Of a DNA stretch of 64,000 nucleotides, positions 27,777 through 37,789 are shown piece after piece (position 1 is the first letter of the stretch; every line of letters begins with the position of its first letter). The stretch is from an uncultured Gammaproteobacteria bacterium (lineage in GTDB: Bacteria; Patescibacteriota; Microgenomatia; Levybacterales; GWA1-39-11), in the NCBI GenBank assembly GCA_964406795.1, contig CAYOTA010000002.1:81549-145548 (forward strand), written 5' to 3'. The notes under the pieces are model-generated. The model did not search any database and was not told the origin of the DNA. It saw nothing but the letters and a program-made list of their open reading frames with translations. The position numbers were made by a program, and so were the translations under genes.

Positions 27777-27849
27777 TGCGCCTGAAGGGACTCGAACCCC
27801 CAACCGCCTCGTCCGAAGCGAGGTGCTCTATCCATTAAGCTACAGGCGC
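27777..27849 (-). tRNA. tRNA-Arg (anticodon TCG)
   Basis: Acceptor GCGCCTG/CAGGCGC, D-arm GCTT-AATGGATA-GAGC, anticodon loop CTTCGGA, T-loop TTCGAGT, discriminator A; 73 nt. Confidence 0.8.
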
Positions 27850-28018
27850 ATGTATCCTGCCTGTATCTTGCGAACTTTGCTCGCGCAAAATTTTTAAGCT
27901 ACAGGCGCTTATGCTAACCACGATCCACAAGGCTTATAGATTTTAACAAATTGAGATCACGCAAGCAATAAAAGTAAGTTAAAAGACTTATGTACACGTA
28001 TACTGGTATAATGAACGC

Positions 28019-28996
28019 ATGGCATTGATAGATGATGTAACAATTAGAATTAAAGCTGGAAATGGTGGTCAGGGCGGGCAATCCTTTTCATCTGGTGTTG
28101 CTCCTGACGGAGGAAACGGCGGAGATGGTGGAGATATTTACCTGGAAGGAAGTACAAATGTAGCAGATCTTTCAGAGTTTAGATTTAAAAAGGATATTCA
28201 TGCCGCAGACGGCACAAATGGACTAAATAAAAAACTCCATGGAAAAAAAGGCACAAGTATAACAATTCTCCTTCCTTTAGGAACTAAAGTTACTGACACA
28301 AAGAATCAAAAATCACTAGAAATTACCGAAAAAGGAAAAGCTATTAGAGTTGCTGAAGGAGGATGGGGAAAAATAGGAAATTATGACGAGCTGAGGGCCA
28401 TTAGAAGCAGAAGGACAGTAAGCGATGTGGAGCAAAAAGGAATAGAACGAGAACTACATCTAGTGTTAAGTCTGATAGCAGATATAGGACTCATAGGGCT
28501 CCCAAATGCCGGCAAAAGCTCATTACTCGCGGAACTAACTAGAGCTACACCTAAAATAGGAAACTACCCGTTTACAACTCTGGAGCCTAATTTAGGGATT
28601 ATTAAAACAGAGGGTGAGGATAAAACTACAGCACTTGCCATTGCTGACATTCCGGGACTAGTAGAAGGTGCGTCAACCGGAAAGGGACTGGGGATTCAGT
28701 TTTTAAAACATATTCAGAAAACAAAAATTTTATTTCACTGTATAGACGCAACTCAAGCAGACTTACTGCAAGTGTATACAACGGTTAGGCAAGAATTTAA
28801 GGCATATGACGTAAACTTACTCAACAAGCAAGAAATAATTTTGCTTACAAAAATAGACTTACTGGAAAAAGGCCAACTGGAAGAAAAAATTCAGGAACTT
28901 AAAAAAACCGGCAAGGAAATAATCCCACTCTCAATTTATGACAAAAAATGTATTGAATACCTCAAAAAATTGATATCAAACCTCCAAAAAGATTAA
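28019..28996 (+). CDS. obg: GTPase Obg/CgtA
   Basis: Gly-rich Obg-fold N-terminus (GNGGQGGQSF...GGNGGDGGDIY) followed by G1 GLIGLPNAGKSSLL and G3 DIPGLVEGA. Confidence 0.85.
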   Translation: MALIDDVTIRIKAGNGGQGGQSFSSGVAPDGGNGGDGGDIYLEGSTNVADLSEFRFKKDIHAADGTNGLNKKLHGKKGTSITILLPLGTKVTDTKNQKSLEITEKGKAIRVAEGGWGKIGNYDELRAIRSRRTVSDVEQKGIERELHLVLSLIADIGLIGLPNAGKSSLLAELTRATPKIGNYPFTTLEPNLGIIKTEGEDKTTALAIADIPGLVEGASTGKGLGIQFLKHIQKTKILFHCIDATQADLLQVYTTVRQEFKAYDVNLLNKQEIILLTKIDLLEKGQLEEKIQELKKTGKEIIPLSIYDKKCIEYLKKLISNLQKD

Positions 28997-30336
28997 TTTT
29001 TTCTGACCACAGTATAGTCATACGGGAAGTAAAGAAAGGCGGCTGGGGCATCATCTAGTAAGTATTTTTGCAACTCTGCATAAATCTGCACACGGTCGGC
29101 AGTATTCATAGTAGTTCTCCCATCTTCCAAAAGCTTATCTATACGTACATTTTTATAGTACGTTATATTACTTGACTGGTTTGAATGCCAAATAGCATAC
29201 ATATCAGGATCCAGTGGTAATCTCATGGGATACAATAAAACCTGATAGTCAGGCGGAATATCCTGTGAAGTCACAATAGTACTTTTGATTCCAATCTTTT
29301 CCCAAGCGCGTGCTAACTGCTTTGCTGTTTCAAGCAGCTCATTAGTGGTTGTAATAGTTAATTTTAAATCTTTAGTATTAGTGGACTCTAAAAGTTCTTT
29401 TGATAACCCTAAGTCAATTAAGCCTTCATTTGGACTTTTTGTGTAATAAAGAGAATGTGTGGGCAAAAATGAGTAACTCCTCTCCCCTTCCGGAAATGTG
29501 CTAGGCAACGCATAAATTAACGCCTGCCTAATTTTTTTATTAGAAAGTGTAGGATCAATGGTATTAAAAAACGCTGAAACTAAAACTTTATAGTTAACTT
29601 TTCGTGCTACATCTACATTTTTAAAATCTTTAAAATAGGTATCTGCTTTTGAGTCAGCAGACAAATTATACACTTGATCAATTTCTCCCAATAAAAAGGC
29701 TGTTTTTAAGGCTTCTTGTGTGGGGTAAAAATAAATAATTTTCTTGTTCCCGTTTTTTTTATTTTGAAGTGTTATGGTTTTTAAAAATCCTGCATTTTGT
29801 TCTGTTTTAGTAATCTGGAAATCAGATAAACCAAAATTACCTTTCAGTATGGGCTTACTTACAACTGATAAAAATGGGGAATAGGGAGTAGTTAAATTAA
29901 ATTCTATAGTTTGTGAATCTTTTATTACTTTTTTAACGTCTTTAAACGTGTACGGAATATCTTTTGTGGTAAATTCTTTATTATTGCTAAGTTTAAGACC
30001 TTTTTTAATGGTGAATGTAACCGTCTTCCCGTCATTTGTGATTTTATAATCAGCGGCAGCTACAGGCTTTATTGAGCCATCTCTTTCAACTTTTGTTAAT
30101 CCGTATGAGACAGTGGACAAAACTTCATCCGGAAGTGTAGATACTGTGTATGAACCTGAATATCCTATTTTTTGCGTTGTATCTTTAAACAAACTTGAAG
30201 TTGCATACGTTACAAACAAAAAAAAACCAAAGAATGCAATTGCCCCAAGAATTACCGAAAGGAGAATTGTACGCCTCCATTTTTTTACATATGCTTTAAA
30301 AAGCCAAAAGTAATAACGGCGTCTTACGTAAACCAT
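28993..30336 (-). CDS. membrane-anchored solute-binding protein, family 5 (Opp/Dpp-like) domain
   Basis: N-terminal TM, SBP_bac_5-like region with ...LLYPMRLPLDPDMYAIWHS...; 447 aa, shorter than canonical OppA. Confidence 0.55.
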   Translation of the reverse strand: MVYVRRRYYFWLFKAYVKKWRRTILLSVILGAIAFFGFFLFVTYATSSLFKDTTQKIGYSGSYTVSTLPDEVLSTVSYGLTKVERDGSIKPVAAADYKITNDGKTVTFTIKKGLKLSNNKEFTTKDIPYTFKDVKKVIKDSQTIEFNLTTPYSPFLSVVSKPILKGNFGLSDFQITKTEQNAGFLKTITLQNKKNGNKKIIYFYPTQEALKTAFLLGEIDQVYNLSADSKADTYFKDFKNVDVARKVNYKVLVSAFFNTIDPTLSNKKIRQALIYALPSTFPEGERSYSFLPTHSLYYTKSPNEGLIDLGLSKELLESTNTKDLKLTITTTNELLETAKQLARAWEKIGIKSTIVTSQDIPPDYQVLLYPMRLPLDPDMYAIWHSNQSSNITYYKNVRIDKLLEDGRTTMNTADRVQIYAELQKYLLDDAPAAFLYFPYDYTVVRKN

Positions 30337-30351
30337 AATGTTGCAGAAACT

Positions 30352-30564
30352 TTAGCTAACTAATGCAATGATAGATATAGCGGCAAAAGAAGCGGCAAAA
30401 ATAATAGTTGCATAAAAAAGAACTTTTTCCAATCCCTTTTTGGCTCTATATGATTCGCCACTTCCGCCAAAAGCCATTCCGCCACTTGATCCTCTGGATT
30501 GCAGTATTACAGTAATTACTATAAGTACTGCCAGGATCATTTGAATAATTGTAAATCCGTTCAT
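30352..30564 (-). CDS. secG: preprotein translocase subunit SecG
   Basis: 70 aa, two TM helices, Gly-rich loop LQSRGSSGGMAFGGSGES typical of SecG. Confidence 0.65.
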   Translation of the reverse strand: MNGFTIIQMILAVLIVITVILQSRGSSGGMAFGGSGESYRAKKGLEKVLFYATIIFAASFAAISIIALVS

Positions 30565-30965
30565 AGTTCAAATAAATTCATTAAGAATTTGTAGACAAGT
30601 TGTATTGTAACAGAAATTATGAGATAAGACAAAATGATATTTAGATGAAAGGAAGGAATACTGAGGCTGGAGACTGTAATGCCATTAAAAACAAATGGCT
30701 GAATTATAAAATTACGGTCAGTTAGCGTCAATAAATACAACACAATAACGGTTGAAAATATGGAAAAAACACCCAAAGTTAACGCATTAAAGGGAAGTGC
30801 TACGATATTTATAATAGGACGCACAAGCACAAACCCCAACACTAACAGTACAGCGTCATATAAATACTGAGAAATTCCACCTTTAATAACGATTCCTGTA
30901 AATAAAGATGACGAAACAAATAACGCAGTTAATAAAATAACATACTGCTGTGCTAAATAACGCAT
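30561..30965 (-). CDS. integral membrane protein (4 TM), unknown function
   Basis: 134 aa, four hydrophobic helices; 4-nt overlap with secG start. Confidence 0.45.
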   Translation of the reverse strand: MRYLAQQYVILLTALFVSSSLFTGIVIKGGISQYLYDAVLLVLGFVLVRPIINIVALPFNALTLGVFSIFSTVIVLYLLTLTDRNFIIQPFVFNGITVSSLSIPSFHLNIILSYLIISVTIQLVYKFLMNLFEL

Positions 30966-30992
30966 GTCTTATGCTATCAAAGATAACAAATT

Positions 30993-32276
30993 CTACGCAA
31001 GTGCATTTTTAGAACGTAACTTTCTATGATACGTAATAGCAAACCTGTGTGCCTCATCCCTTATGCGTCTGACTATGTTTATTGCTGGAGATGACAATGG
31101 GACACGCACTTCTGTAAACTTCAAACCCCTTACCTCTTTTCTGGGAATTACCAGTGTTTCAAATTTTTTGGCAATCCCTATAACCGGAATTGAGACGCCG
31201 TTATGAGCCAAAACTTGAAGAACTGATGAAACCTGACCCTTTCCACCATCTACTATAAAAAGGCTCGGAAATTCCCATTCAGGATGCTTAAGACGCCTTC
31301 CCATCATCTCCTGGTGCATAGCAAAATCATTAGGAGTTTTTGTTTTTCTGATTTTAAACTTTCTATATTCTGATTTTTCAGCTGACCCATTGATCAACAC
31401 TGTCATAGAACCAGTGGCGTTCGTTCCCTGAAAATTAGAAATATCAAAACACTCTATCCTTTTGAGGTTTGTTAAAACTACACCATTGGCAGCCAGTAAA
31501 TCAAATAACGCTTGGTTTTCTGATTCTTCCCGTATGGACTGCGTTTTAGGTTGATTTATATACACAAACGGATCATATGTTTCCTGCGTAATTTTCTCAA
31601 TTGAGTCAATTTGCTTTTGGACAATTCCCGCTTTTTCAAATTCTTCTTGTTTTGAAAATATGTTGCGTTCTGACTCTAAATTTTTAATAACTTGTTTTGT
31701 ACTGCCTTTCAAAAACCGCTTAAGATTTGAAATATTTTTTTTGTATATGTCAGCATTTTCAGGTACTGCTTGGACACATGGGCATAATCCCAGGTGAAAG
31801 TATAAACATTTGCGTTTAGGATGAGTCTTGACAGACTCATAAGGAAAAATTTTTCGAAGTAACTTTAACACAACCTTACTGGAGCCGGCATGAGGATATG
31901 GTCCAAAATAGTCAGCCTTTTTATTTGTCATTTTACGAACTAAACCTACATAGGGGATTTCAGAATTTGTTACAGCAATATACGGATATGACTTGTCATC
32001 AATCATTTTAATATTAAAATAGGGAAGGTGTTGGTGTATTAACTCTGCCTCTAACAAAAATGCCTCAATTTCAGAGTTCACCACTATGTGCACAACTTTT
32101 TTTATTTTAGGAATTAGTAATGAGGTTTTTTCGTCATGAGCTTGCTTTTGAAAATAAGAGGAAACGCGCTTTTTGAGATTTTTTGCTTTCCCAACATAAA
32201 GAATATTACCTTTTTCGTCTAAAAATTGGTAAACCCCTGGTTTTGATGGCAATGATGAATATAATGATTGATCCAA
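30993..32276 (-). CDS. uvrC: excinuclease ABC subunit C, short form (GIY-YIG + RNase H-like endonuclease domains, no C-terminal HhH)
   Basis: GIY-YIG PGVYQFLDEKGNILYVGKAKNLKKRVSSY; endonuclease domain FDISNFQG...IVDGGKGQVSSV; 427 aa versus ~600 for canonical UvrC. Confidence 0.75.
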   Translation of the reverse strand: MDQSLYSSLPSKPGVYQFLDEKGNILYVGKAKNLKKRVSSYFQKQAHDEKTSLLIPKIKKVVHIVVNSEIEAFLLEAELIHQHLPYFNIKMIDDKSYPYIAVTNSEIPYVGLVRKMTNKKADYFGPYPHAGSSKVVLKLLRKIFPYESVKTHPKRKCLYFHLGLCPCVQAVPENADIYKKNISNLKRFLKGSTKQVIKNLESERNIFSKQEEFEKAGIVQKQIDSIEKITQETYDPFVYINQPKTQSIREESENQALFDLLAANGVVLTNLKRIECFDISNFQGTNATGSMTVLINGSAEKSEYRKFKIRKTKTPNDFAMHQEMMGRRLKHPEWEFPSLFIVDGGKGQVSSVLQVLAHNGVSIPVIGIAKKFETLVIPRKEVRGLKFTEVRVPLSSPAINIVRRIRDEAHRFAITYHRKLRSKNALA

Positions 32277-34050
32277 GTAGTAAGACTCCTCCTCCTAAAA
32301 TTGGTAATGAAATCGGAAATACTCGTATTTGTTTTTCAAAAAGTACTTTTTTACGACTATCTTGCATTGTAATGGTGTGGGAAACGTTTGTCAAAGAACC
32401 TAGTATTCCCTGGCTTCTCGGAATGTTAACTGATATAACACTACTGCCCAAGGGAGGAGTTTTTGGAAACGTAATAGTTGAAACTTTTTTTGAATCCAAA
32501 AATATAGAAATGTCTTCAGGATGTGTTTCATAATTTCCTAAATTAAGATAGGTAACCGATCCCTGAATAAATGACCCATTGGTAAACGGTGAAAAGTTAC
32601 CGGTGATTATGTGTCTACTTACTTTTTTAAAATCTGCGACGTCTGCAAATGACACCTCAACATCTTTAGAGTCACCAGATTTGTACCCCCCGGCAGGCAC
32701 AGGGTACGTACTGGATAATCCGTTTTTAACAAATGTCACATGATCCAAATCAAAAACTTTGAAAAAGTCGACTCCTGTAGTATCTGTCCACGTGGGATCA
32801 ACCATTACCCACGTTTTTTGTGTGTCATCATAGTATTCGGGCCATGCGTGCAATACATCTTGGAATAAATCCGTTGGACGAGATAAGTCGTTTTGGGTAT
32901 ATGCATACCCTTCAATGGCACGGGCTGGAATGCCGCTGGAGCGCGCAAGTGTAATAAATAAATCGGTAAATTCTAAGCTACCGGCAAAAAACGGATCACG
33001 CAAGGACTTTAGCGCCCCCAACCGTTCATTCTTAACATTAGTTTTTGAAGTGCCATATGACAAAGATTTTACAATATAATTAAATATTTCCTGAGATGAT
33101 CGCAAATTTTTTGCAATTTTTTTTATCTCCGAACTTTCTGTTTCCCAATATTTTTGCGGTCGCGTGTAAGCCTTTCGCTCGTCCTCCGTTATGTCAGTCT
33201 TACTCGGCTTAAAAGAGGAGTCTACTAACACATCTGCTCGTACTTTATATCCACTTTTTGCGTCTAAAGAGTATTTTGCAAGTGTGTTTCCATCTTTATC
33301 TTTATAAACGGACTGAGGTTTTGGGGAAATATTCTCGAGGATGATTTTTTGGTATGCAGTGTCCGGAGGAAGTGCGATTTCAGTAATTACAGGGTACAAA
33401 TTTTTATTTTCTAAATTATAGGAAAGTTTAAATCTGTAATATTGTCTATCACCAAATACTATAAATATTCCACTTTTAGAAATATTTTCTTTTGAAAACA
33501 CATATACGGAATTGCTTGAATTATAGGGGACATCCGGCTTTACAATACTTGCGTTTCCAAAACTTTCAGGAACCGTAACTAACACTTCATAAGCTGCAAA
33601 ATCCTGTATGTTTGTGATTGCCGGAATTGAAACTGTGTATGACTTGCCGGCAGTTTTTAAATAATCAGTTGTCGTAAATGAGACAGTAAAATTATTTTTT
33701 GCGTTAATCCCCACTGTGCGTTCAGGAAAATTAATGGTAACTATTTTAGTATTATTCTCTCCTTCTTGAAGTTTATAAGGAATAGGACCTTTGCTATTTG
33801 ATGTTTTTATATTGCTTATATTTTTAAGCTTGAGTGCAATGCTGTAAGAAGGCGTGTACACAAATTCTTTGGTGTTGGTTAAGGTGATTTCTTGGGTAAC
33901 AAAAACCTCACCGCTTTCTTGTGGGACATACGTGGTGAGTGCACCGACTATAAAATCGGTATCAGTTTGCGCAAATGATGTTGGAATTTGAATACAAAAG
34001 ATTGCAAAAATGATGCAAATAAACACAACATGCTTTACAAATTTTACCAT
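32206..34050 (-). CDS. secreted transglutaminase-like superfamily protein with Cys->Ser at the nucleophile position; C-terminal TM anchor
   Basis: Signal peptide; core GSLEFTDLFITLARSSGIPARAIEGYAY with Ser where TGase-like Cys is expected, His (DVLHAWPEYY) and Asp (WVMVDPTW) retained; C-terminal TM; 71-nt overlap with uvrC start. Confidence 0.6.
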   Translation of the reverse strand: MVKFVKHVVFICIIFAIFCIQIPTSFAQTDTDFIVGALTTYVPQESGEVFVTQEITLTNTKEFVYTPSYSIALKLKNISNIKTSNSKGPIPYKLQEGENNTKIVTINFPERTVGINAKNNFTVSFTTTDYLKTAGKSYTVSIPAITNIQDFAAYEVLVTVPESFGNASIVKPDVPYNSSNSVYVFSKENISKSGIFIVFGDRQYYRFKLSYNLENKNLYPVITEIALPPDTAYQKIILENISPKPQSVYKDKDGNTLAKYSLDAKSGYKVRADVLVDSSFKPSKTDITEDERKAYTRPQKYWETESSEIKKIAKNLRSSQEIFNYIVKSLSYGTSKTNVKNERLGALKSLRDPFFAGSLEFTDLFITLARSSGIPARAIEGYAYTQNDLSRPTDLFQDVLHAWPEYYDDTQKTWVMVDPTWTDTTGVDFFKVFDLDHVTFVKNGLSSTYPVPAGGYKSGDSKDVEVSFADVADFKKVSRHIITGNFSPFTNGSFIQGSVTYLNLGNYETHPEDISIFLDSKKVSTITFPKTPPLGSSVISVNIPRSQGILGSLTNVSHTITMQDSRKKVLFEKQIRVFPISLPILGGGVLLLGSIIIFIIAIKTRGLPIFRRKR

Positions 34051-36923
34051 TACAATTCTTTTTTGAGGTATCTACCAGTGTGCGAATCTGGGTTTTTTGC
34101 AATTTCTAAAGGTGTTCCTGTTGCTACCACATTCCCTCCGCCACTTCCTCCTTCAGGACCCAAGTCTATAATATAGTCCGCATTTTTTATAATATCTAGA
34201 TTATGCTCAATAACAAGCACCGTGTTTCCTTTTTCAACAAGTTTGTGTAGCACCACAATTAACTTTTCTAAATCTGCAAAATGAAGACCAGTTGTAGGCT
34301 CATCCAAAATATACAAACTTTTATTCCCGCCCCTTTTAGAAAGTTCTGAAGCCAATTTTATGCGCTGCGCTTCTCCACCAGACAAGGTTGGCGCCGGCTG
34401 GCCTATTTTTACATATGACAATCCTACCTCAAGTAACGTTTGGAGTTTATTAGAAAGCCCCTCATGAAAAGAAAAGAATGGGATGGCATCCATAACAGAT
34501 AAGTCTAGAACATCAGCAATGTTTTTCCCATCAAAATCTATTTCTAAGGTTTCTGCTGTATAGCGCTTTCCATTACACGATTCACAGGGAACAAAAACAT
34601 CCGGCAAAAACTGCATCTCTATTTTAAGTTGGCCTTCACCTTCACAGGTTTCGCATCTACCTCCCTTTACATTAAAAGAAAATCTTCCTGGTGTGTACCC
34701 TCTAATTCTAGCCTCCTTACTGTTTACAAAAATATCCCGAATGTGTGTAAAAGCTCCCGTATAGGTTGCTGGATTTGATCTGGGAGTTCGCCCAATTGGG
34801 GACTGATCAATCATAAAAACACGTTTTATATACTCGTCACCTCTTAAATCTTTAAATGCACCAGGCTGTTCTTTATGAAATGGATTTTTCTTTTGTGCCA
34901 GTGCGTGAAACAGCACATCATTCACGAGTGTCGACTTTCCGCTTCCGGAAACGCCAGTCACGCACACTAATTTTCCTAATGGGATTTTTATATCTATGTT
35001 TTTTAAATTGTGATGTGATACTCCTTTTATTTCTAAAAATTCTGGAGGAACTTCTTTTTTAGATTTATGGATCTTAATCTTTTTTGCGCCTGATAAATAT
35101 TTTCCTGTTAGTGAATTCTCATCTTTTTTAATTTGATCAGGAGTCCCCTGAGCTGTAATATGCCCACCGTTAACCCCGGCCCCAGGTCCTATATCAAAAA
35201 TATAGTCTGATTCCTCCATCATTTCGCGGTCATGTTCTACCACAACTACCGTATTTCCTAGCTCCCGCAAGTTTTTAAGTGTGGTTATAAGTTTTGTATT
35301 ATCCCTAGGATGAAGACCTATGGATGGCTCATCCAAAACATACAAGACTCCTGATAGGCCGGAACCTATTTGAGAAGCCAATCGTATACGCTGCGCTTCA
35401 CCACCGGCTAAAGTGTGTGCGCTTCTGGAAAGTGATAAATATGAAAGTCCTACGTTTAATAAGAATTCCAGGCGAGCTGCAATTTCTTTTAAGATAATCC
35501 TTGCAATTTGACGTTCCCGACTTGAAAAGATTTGATCCAACGTATTAATAAATGCGAAACACTCATCAATACTCATATCGGACACAACTGCAATAGATTT
35601 TTTATCAATGGTTACTGACAACGCCTCTTTTTTAAGCCGCGCTCCATGACATTCCTCACAAGTTTTAGGTGTCATGTATTTTTCTATCTCCCGCTTTACG
35701 ATTTCAGATTCTGACTCAGAATATTTTGCCAACATATAGTTTACAATTCCCGTAAACTCTTCAAATATAGTTGTATTTTCACCAAACCTATTCTTTCCTT
35801 TGATTTTGTAAATCTTTTTATTTGTTCCAAACAGTAGTGTTCTTTTTTGATCTGGAGTAAGTGTTTTAATGGGCTGATTTAGCGGAATGTCTTCATCATC
35901 CAATGCTTGTTTTATGGTCCTTGAAAACCAAGTGTCTTGCTCTCCTATATTTGAAAACGGCAAAATTCCACCCTCTAAAATAGTTAATTCCGGAGTTAAG
36001 ATCAAAAGATCATCAATTGAATAAATAAGACCTAACCCGTTGCAGTTGGGACATGCACCATATGGTGAGTTAAAGGAGAAAAGTCTTGGCTCAACCTCAG
36101 CAATAGAAGTTCCACAGTTGGGACACGCAAAGCGCTCTGAGTACCCTGTGTCTTCCATTTCAGTTGGCTTTTCCGGAAATTCAAATCCTTTGTCTTGTAC
36201 TTTTGTAATTATTACTTCCCTGTTTCCTAAATTAAGTGCTTGTTCTAGGGAGTCAGACAACCTTCCTTGATCAAAGTTTTTGTCCAAAGTGATCCGGTCA
36301 ACTACAGCTTCTATACTATGCTTGTTGGTTTTGATAAGTGAATAATTCTCATCTAAATCAAATATTTTCCCGTCAATTCTGGCTTTTTGAAATCCACGCT
36401 TTTTTAAATCTTTAAAAAGATCTGAATATTCACCTTTGCGGCCACGGACTAACGGCGCCAAAATCATAATACGTGTTGGGCTTATACCTACAAATCTTAA
36501 AATTATGTCTTCCATAATTTTTTCTTTTGTAGTTCTTGCAATTTCTGTTCCACACTCTGGACAATGAGGATGCCCAACTCTTGCAAATAATAGCCTCATA
36601 TAATCATAAATTTCAGTAACAGTTCCTACCGTAGAACGAGGATTGTGGGAGGTGGATTTTTGATCAATTGAAATAGCAGGAGACAAACCTTCTATATAAT
36701 CTACGTCAGGCTTTTTCATAACGCCCAAAAATTGACGCGCATAGGATGATAAAGATTCTACATAACGTCTTTGCCCTTCTGCGTAAATTGTGTCAAAAGC
36801 TAAAGATGATTTTCCACTACCGGATAACCCCGTAAAAACAATTAACTTGTTTTTTGGAATTTCTAAATCTATATTTTTGAGGTTATGCTCGCGCGCACCT
36901 TTTACAATAATTTTATCTATCAT
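34050..36923 (-). CDS. uvrA: excinuclease ABC subunit A
   Basis: Two ABC ATPase modules ([23 protein letters not shown]; [13 protein letters not shown]), Zn-finger Cys clusters, signature LSGGEAQRI twice; 957 aa. Confidence 0.95.
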   Translation of the reverse strand: MIDKIIVKGAREHNLKNIDLEIPKNKLIVFTGLSGSGKSSLAFDTIYAEGQRRYVESLSSYARQFLGVMKKPDVDYIEGLSPAISIDQKSTSHNPRSTVGTVTEIYDYMRLLFARVGHPHCPECGTEIARTTKEKIMEDIILRFVGISPTRIMILAPLVRGRKGEYSDLFKDLKKRGFQKARIDGKIFDLDENYSLIKTNKHSIEAVVDRITLDKNFDQGRLSDSLEQALNLGNREVIITKVQDKGFEFPEKPTEMEDTGYSERFACPNCGTSIAEVEPRLFSFNSPYGACPNCNGLGLIYSIDDLLILTPELTILEGGILPFSNIGEQDTWFSRTIKQALDDEDIPLNQPIKTLTPDQKRTLLFGTNKKIYKIKGKNRFGENTTIFEEFTGIVNYMLAKYSESESEIVKREIEKYMTPKTCEECHGARLKKEALSVTIDKKSIAVVSDMSIDECFAFINTLDQIFSSRERQIARIILKEIAARLEFLLNVGLSYLSLSRSAHTLAGGEAQRIRLASQIGSGLSGVLYVLDEPSIGLHPRDNTKLITTLKNLRELGNTVVVVEHDREMMEESDYIFDIGPGAGVNGGHITAQGTPDQIKKDENSLTGKYLSGAKKIKIHKSKKEVPPEFLEIKGVSHHNLKNIDIKIPLGKLVCVTGVSGSGKSTLVNDVLFHALAQKKNPFHKEQPGAFKDLRGDEYIKRVFMIDQSPIGRTPRSNPATYTGAFTHIRDIFVNSKEARIRGYTPGRFSFNVKGGRCETCEGEGQLKIEMQFLPDVFVPCESCNGKRYTAETLEIDFDGKNIADVLDLSVMDAIPFFSFHEGLSNKLQTLLEVGLSYVKIGQPAPTLSGGEAQRIKLASELSKRGGNKSLYILDEPTTGLHFADLEKLIVVLHKLVEKGNTVLVIEHNLDIIKNADYIIDLGPEGGSGGGNVVATGTPLEIAKNPDSHTGRYLKKEL

Positions 36924-36940
36924 AATAATTTTACTTTTTG

Positions 36941-36961
36941 AGCTTGCGAAAAAAGCAAGCT
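36941..36961. promoter_or_regulatory. perfect palindrome AGCTTGC-GAAAAAA-GCAAGCT in the uvrA 5' leader (18 nt upstream of start codon)
   Basis: 7-bp arms with 7-nt A/T loop, read directly from the sequence; contains the recurring 12-mer GCTTGCTTTTTT (minus sense). Confidence 0.5.
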
Positions 36962-37126
36962 ATGCTTATCTATCATATTTTAGTCATTGCGAGGAATAAT
37001 TTCCGAAGCAATCTAAACTTTGAAGCTAGTCTTATCTGTCATTTGTATGACACAATGGTTAACCCAAAGTTAATCATTATAGACTAATTCGCGTGTATTA
37101 TACAAGGGTTATAGGTAAGAGAATTG

Positions 37127-37789
37127 TTACAGCTTTTTAACCAAGAAGTACTCCTCTTTGGGGAATTTTGCGGCCACTTTCAGTATGCTTGAGGCGTCGT
37201 GCTTTTGCGATTTATGACACATCATTGCCTTTACTTTTATATCCCAGACTGAAGATACATCTACCACCTTATCAATTTCTGAACTATCATATCCTAGCGG
37301 AAAATAGATAAAATAATCATTCCTAAATTCCTCACGTCCTTTTTTAATACAATGTAGCCACAATTCTTTTACAGTTTTGTTTTCTCTCAACACAAACTGA
37401 GTCACCATAGATATGGCAATATGGTCTATGTGCCCTGAAATACCGCGTGATTCAAAAGTCATGACTATTTCAGGATTTAATTTTTCTATATGCGCTTGGA
37501 TCCTAGCCGCTAATTTGTGGTAAAGATTATTTGATAGTGTCCCGTCTTTAAAACCCAAAAAATAAACTTTTTTAACCCCCAAAGCTTTAGCTGATTCTAA
37601 TAATTCTTGAGCTCGTACGTCTTTAAGTTTTACATCGTGTGATTCTCTGGAATCTTTTCCAGCCTGGCCCTTGGTGGCGCACAAAATATACACGTCATGA
37701 GTTTTAGTTAGACTGTGGATGGTACCTGAAGGCCCAAACGCTTCATCATCAGGATGGGCAAATACACAAACTACTGTTTTCTTTTTCAT
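37127..37789 (-). CDS. PIG-L/LmbE family N-acetylglucosaminyl deacetylase
   Basis: VFAHPDDEAFGPSG (HPDDE metal-binding motif), HIDH; 220 aa; start abuts uvrB stop. Confidence 0.8.
   Translation of the reverse strand: MKKKTVVCVFAHPDDEAFGPSGTIHSLTKTHDVYILCATKGQAGKDSRESHDVKLKDVRAQELLESAKALGVKKVYFLGFKDGTLSNNLYHKLAARIQAHIEKLNPEIVMTFESRGISGHIDHIAISMVTQFVLRENKTVKELWLHCIKKGREEFRNDYFIYFPLGYDSSEIDKVVDVSSVWDIKVKAMMCHKSQKHDASSILKVAAKFPKEEYFLVKKL

Noticed and set aside
32206-32276. 71-nt overlap between the transglutaminase-like gene and uvrC as evidence of a frameshifted fusion
   Set aside because: Both proteins are complete in their own frames. The GIY-YIG domain begins at the very N-terminus of uvrC, and the transglutaminase-like protein has its own C-terminal TM and stop. 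Long overlaps occur in compact genomes.
36941-36961. Palindrome upstream of uvrA interpreted as the LexA operator
   Set aside because: The same 12-mer core occurs downstream of the pilin gene, which is not an SOS context, and it resembles a hairpin/T-run element. This is insufficient to call it a LexA box; I report it only as a recurring motif.
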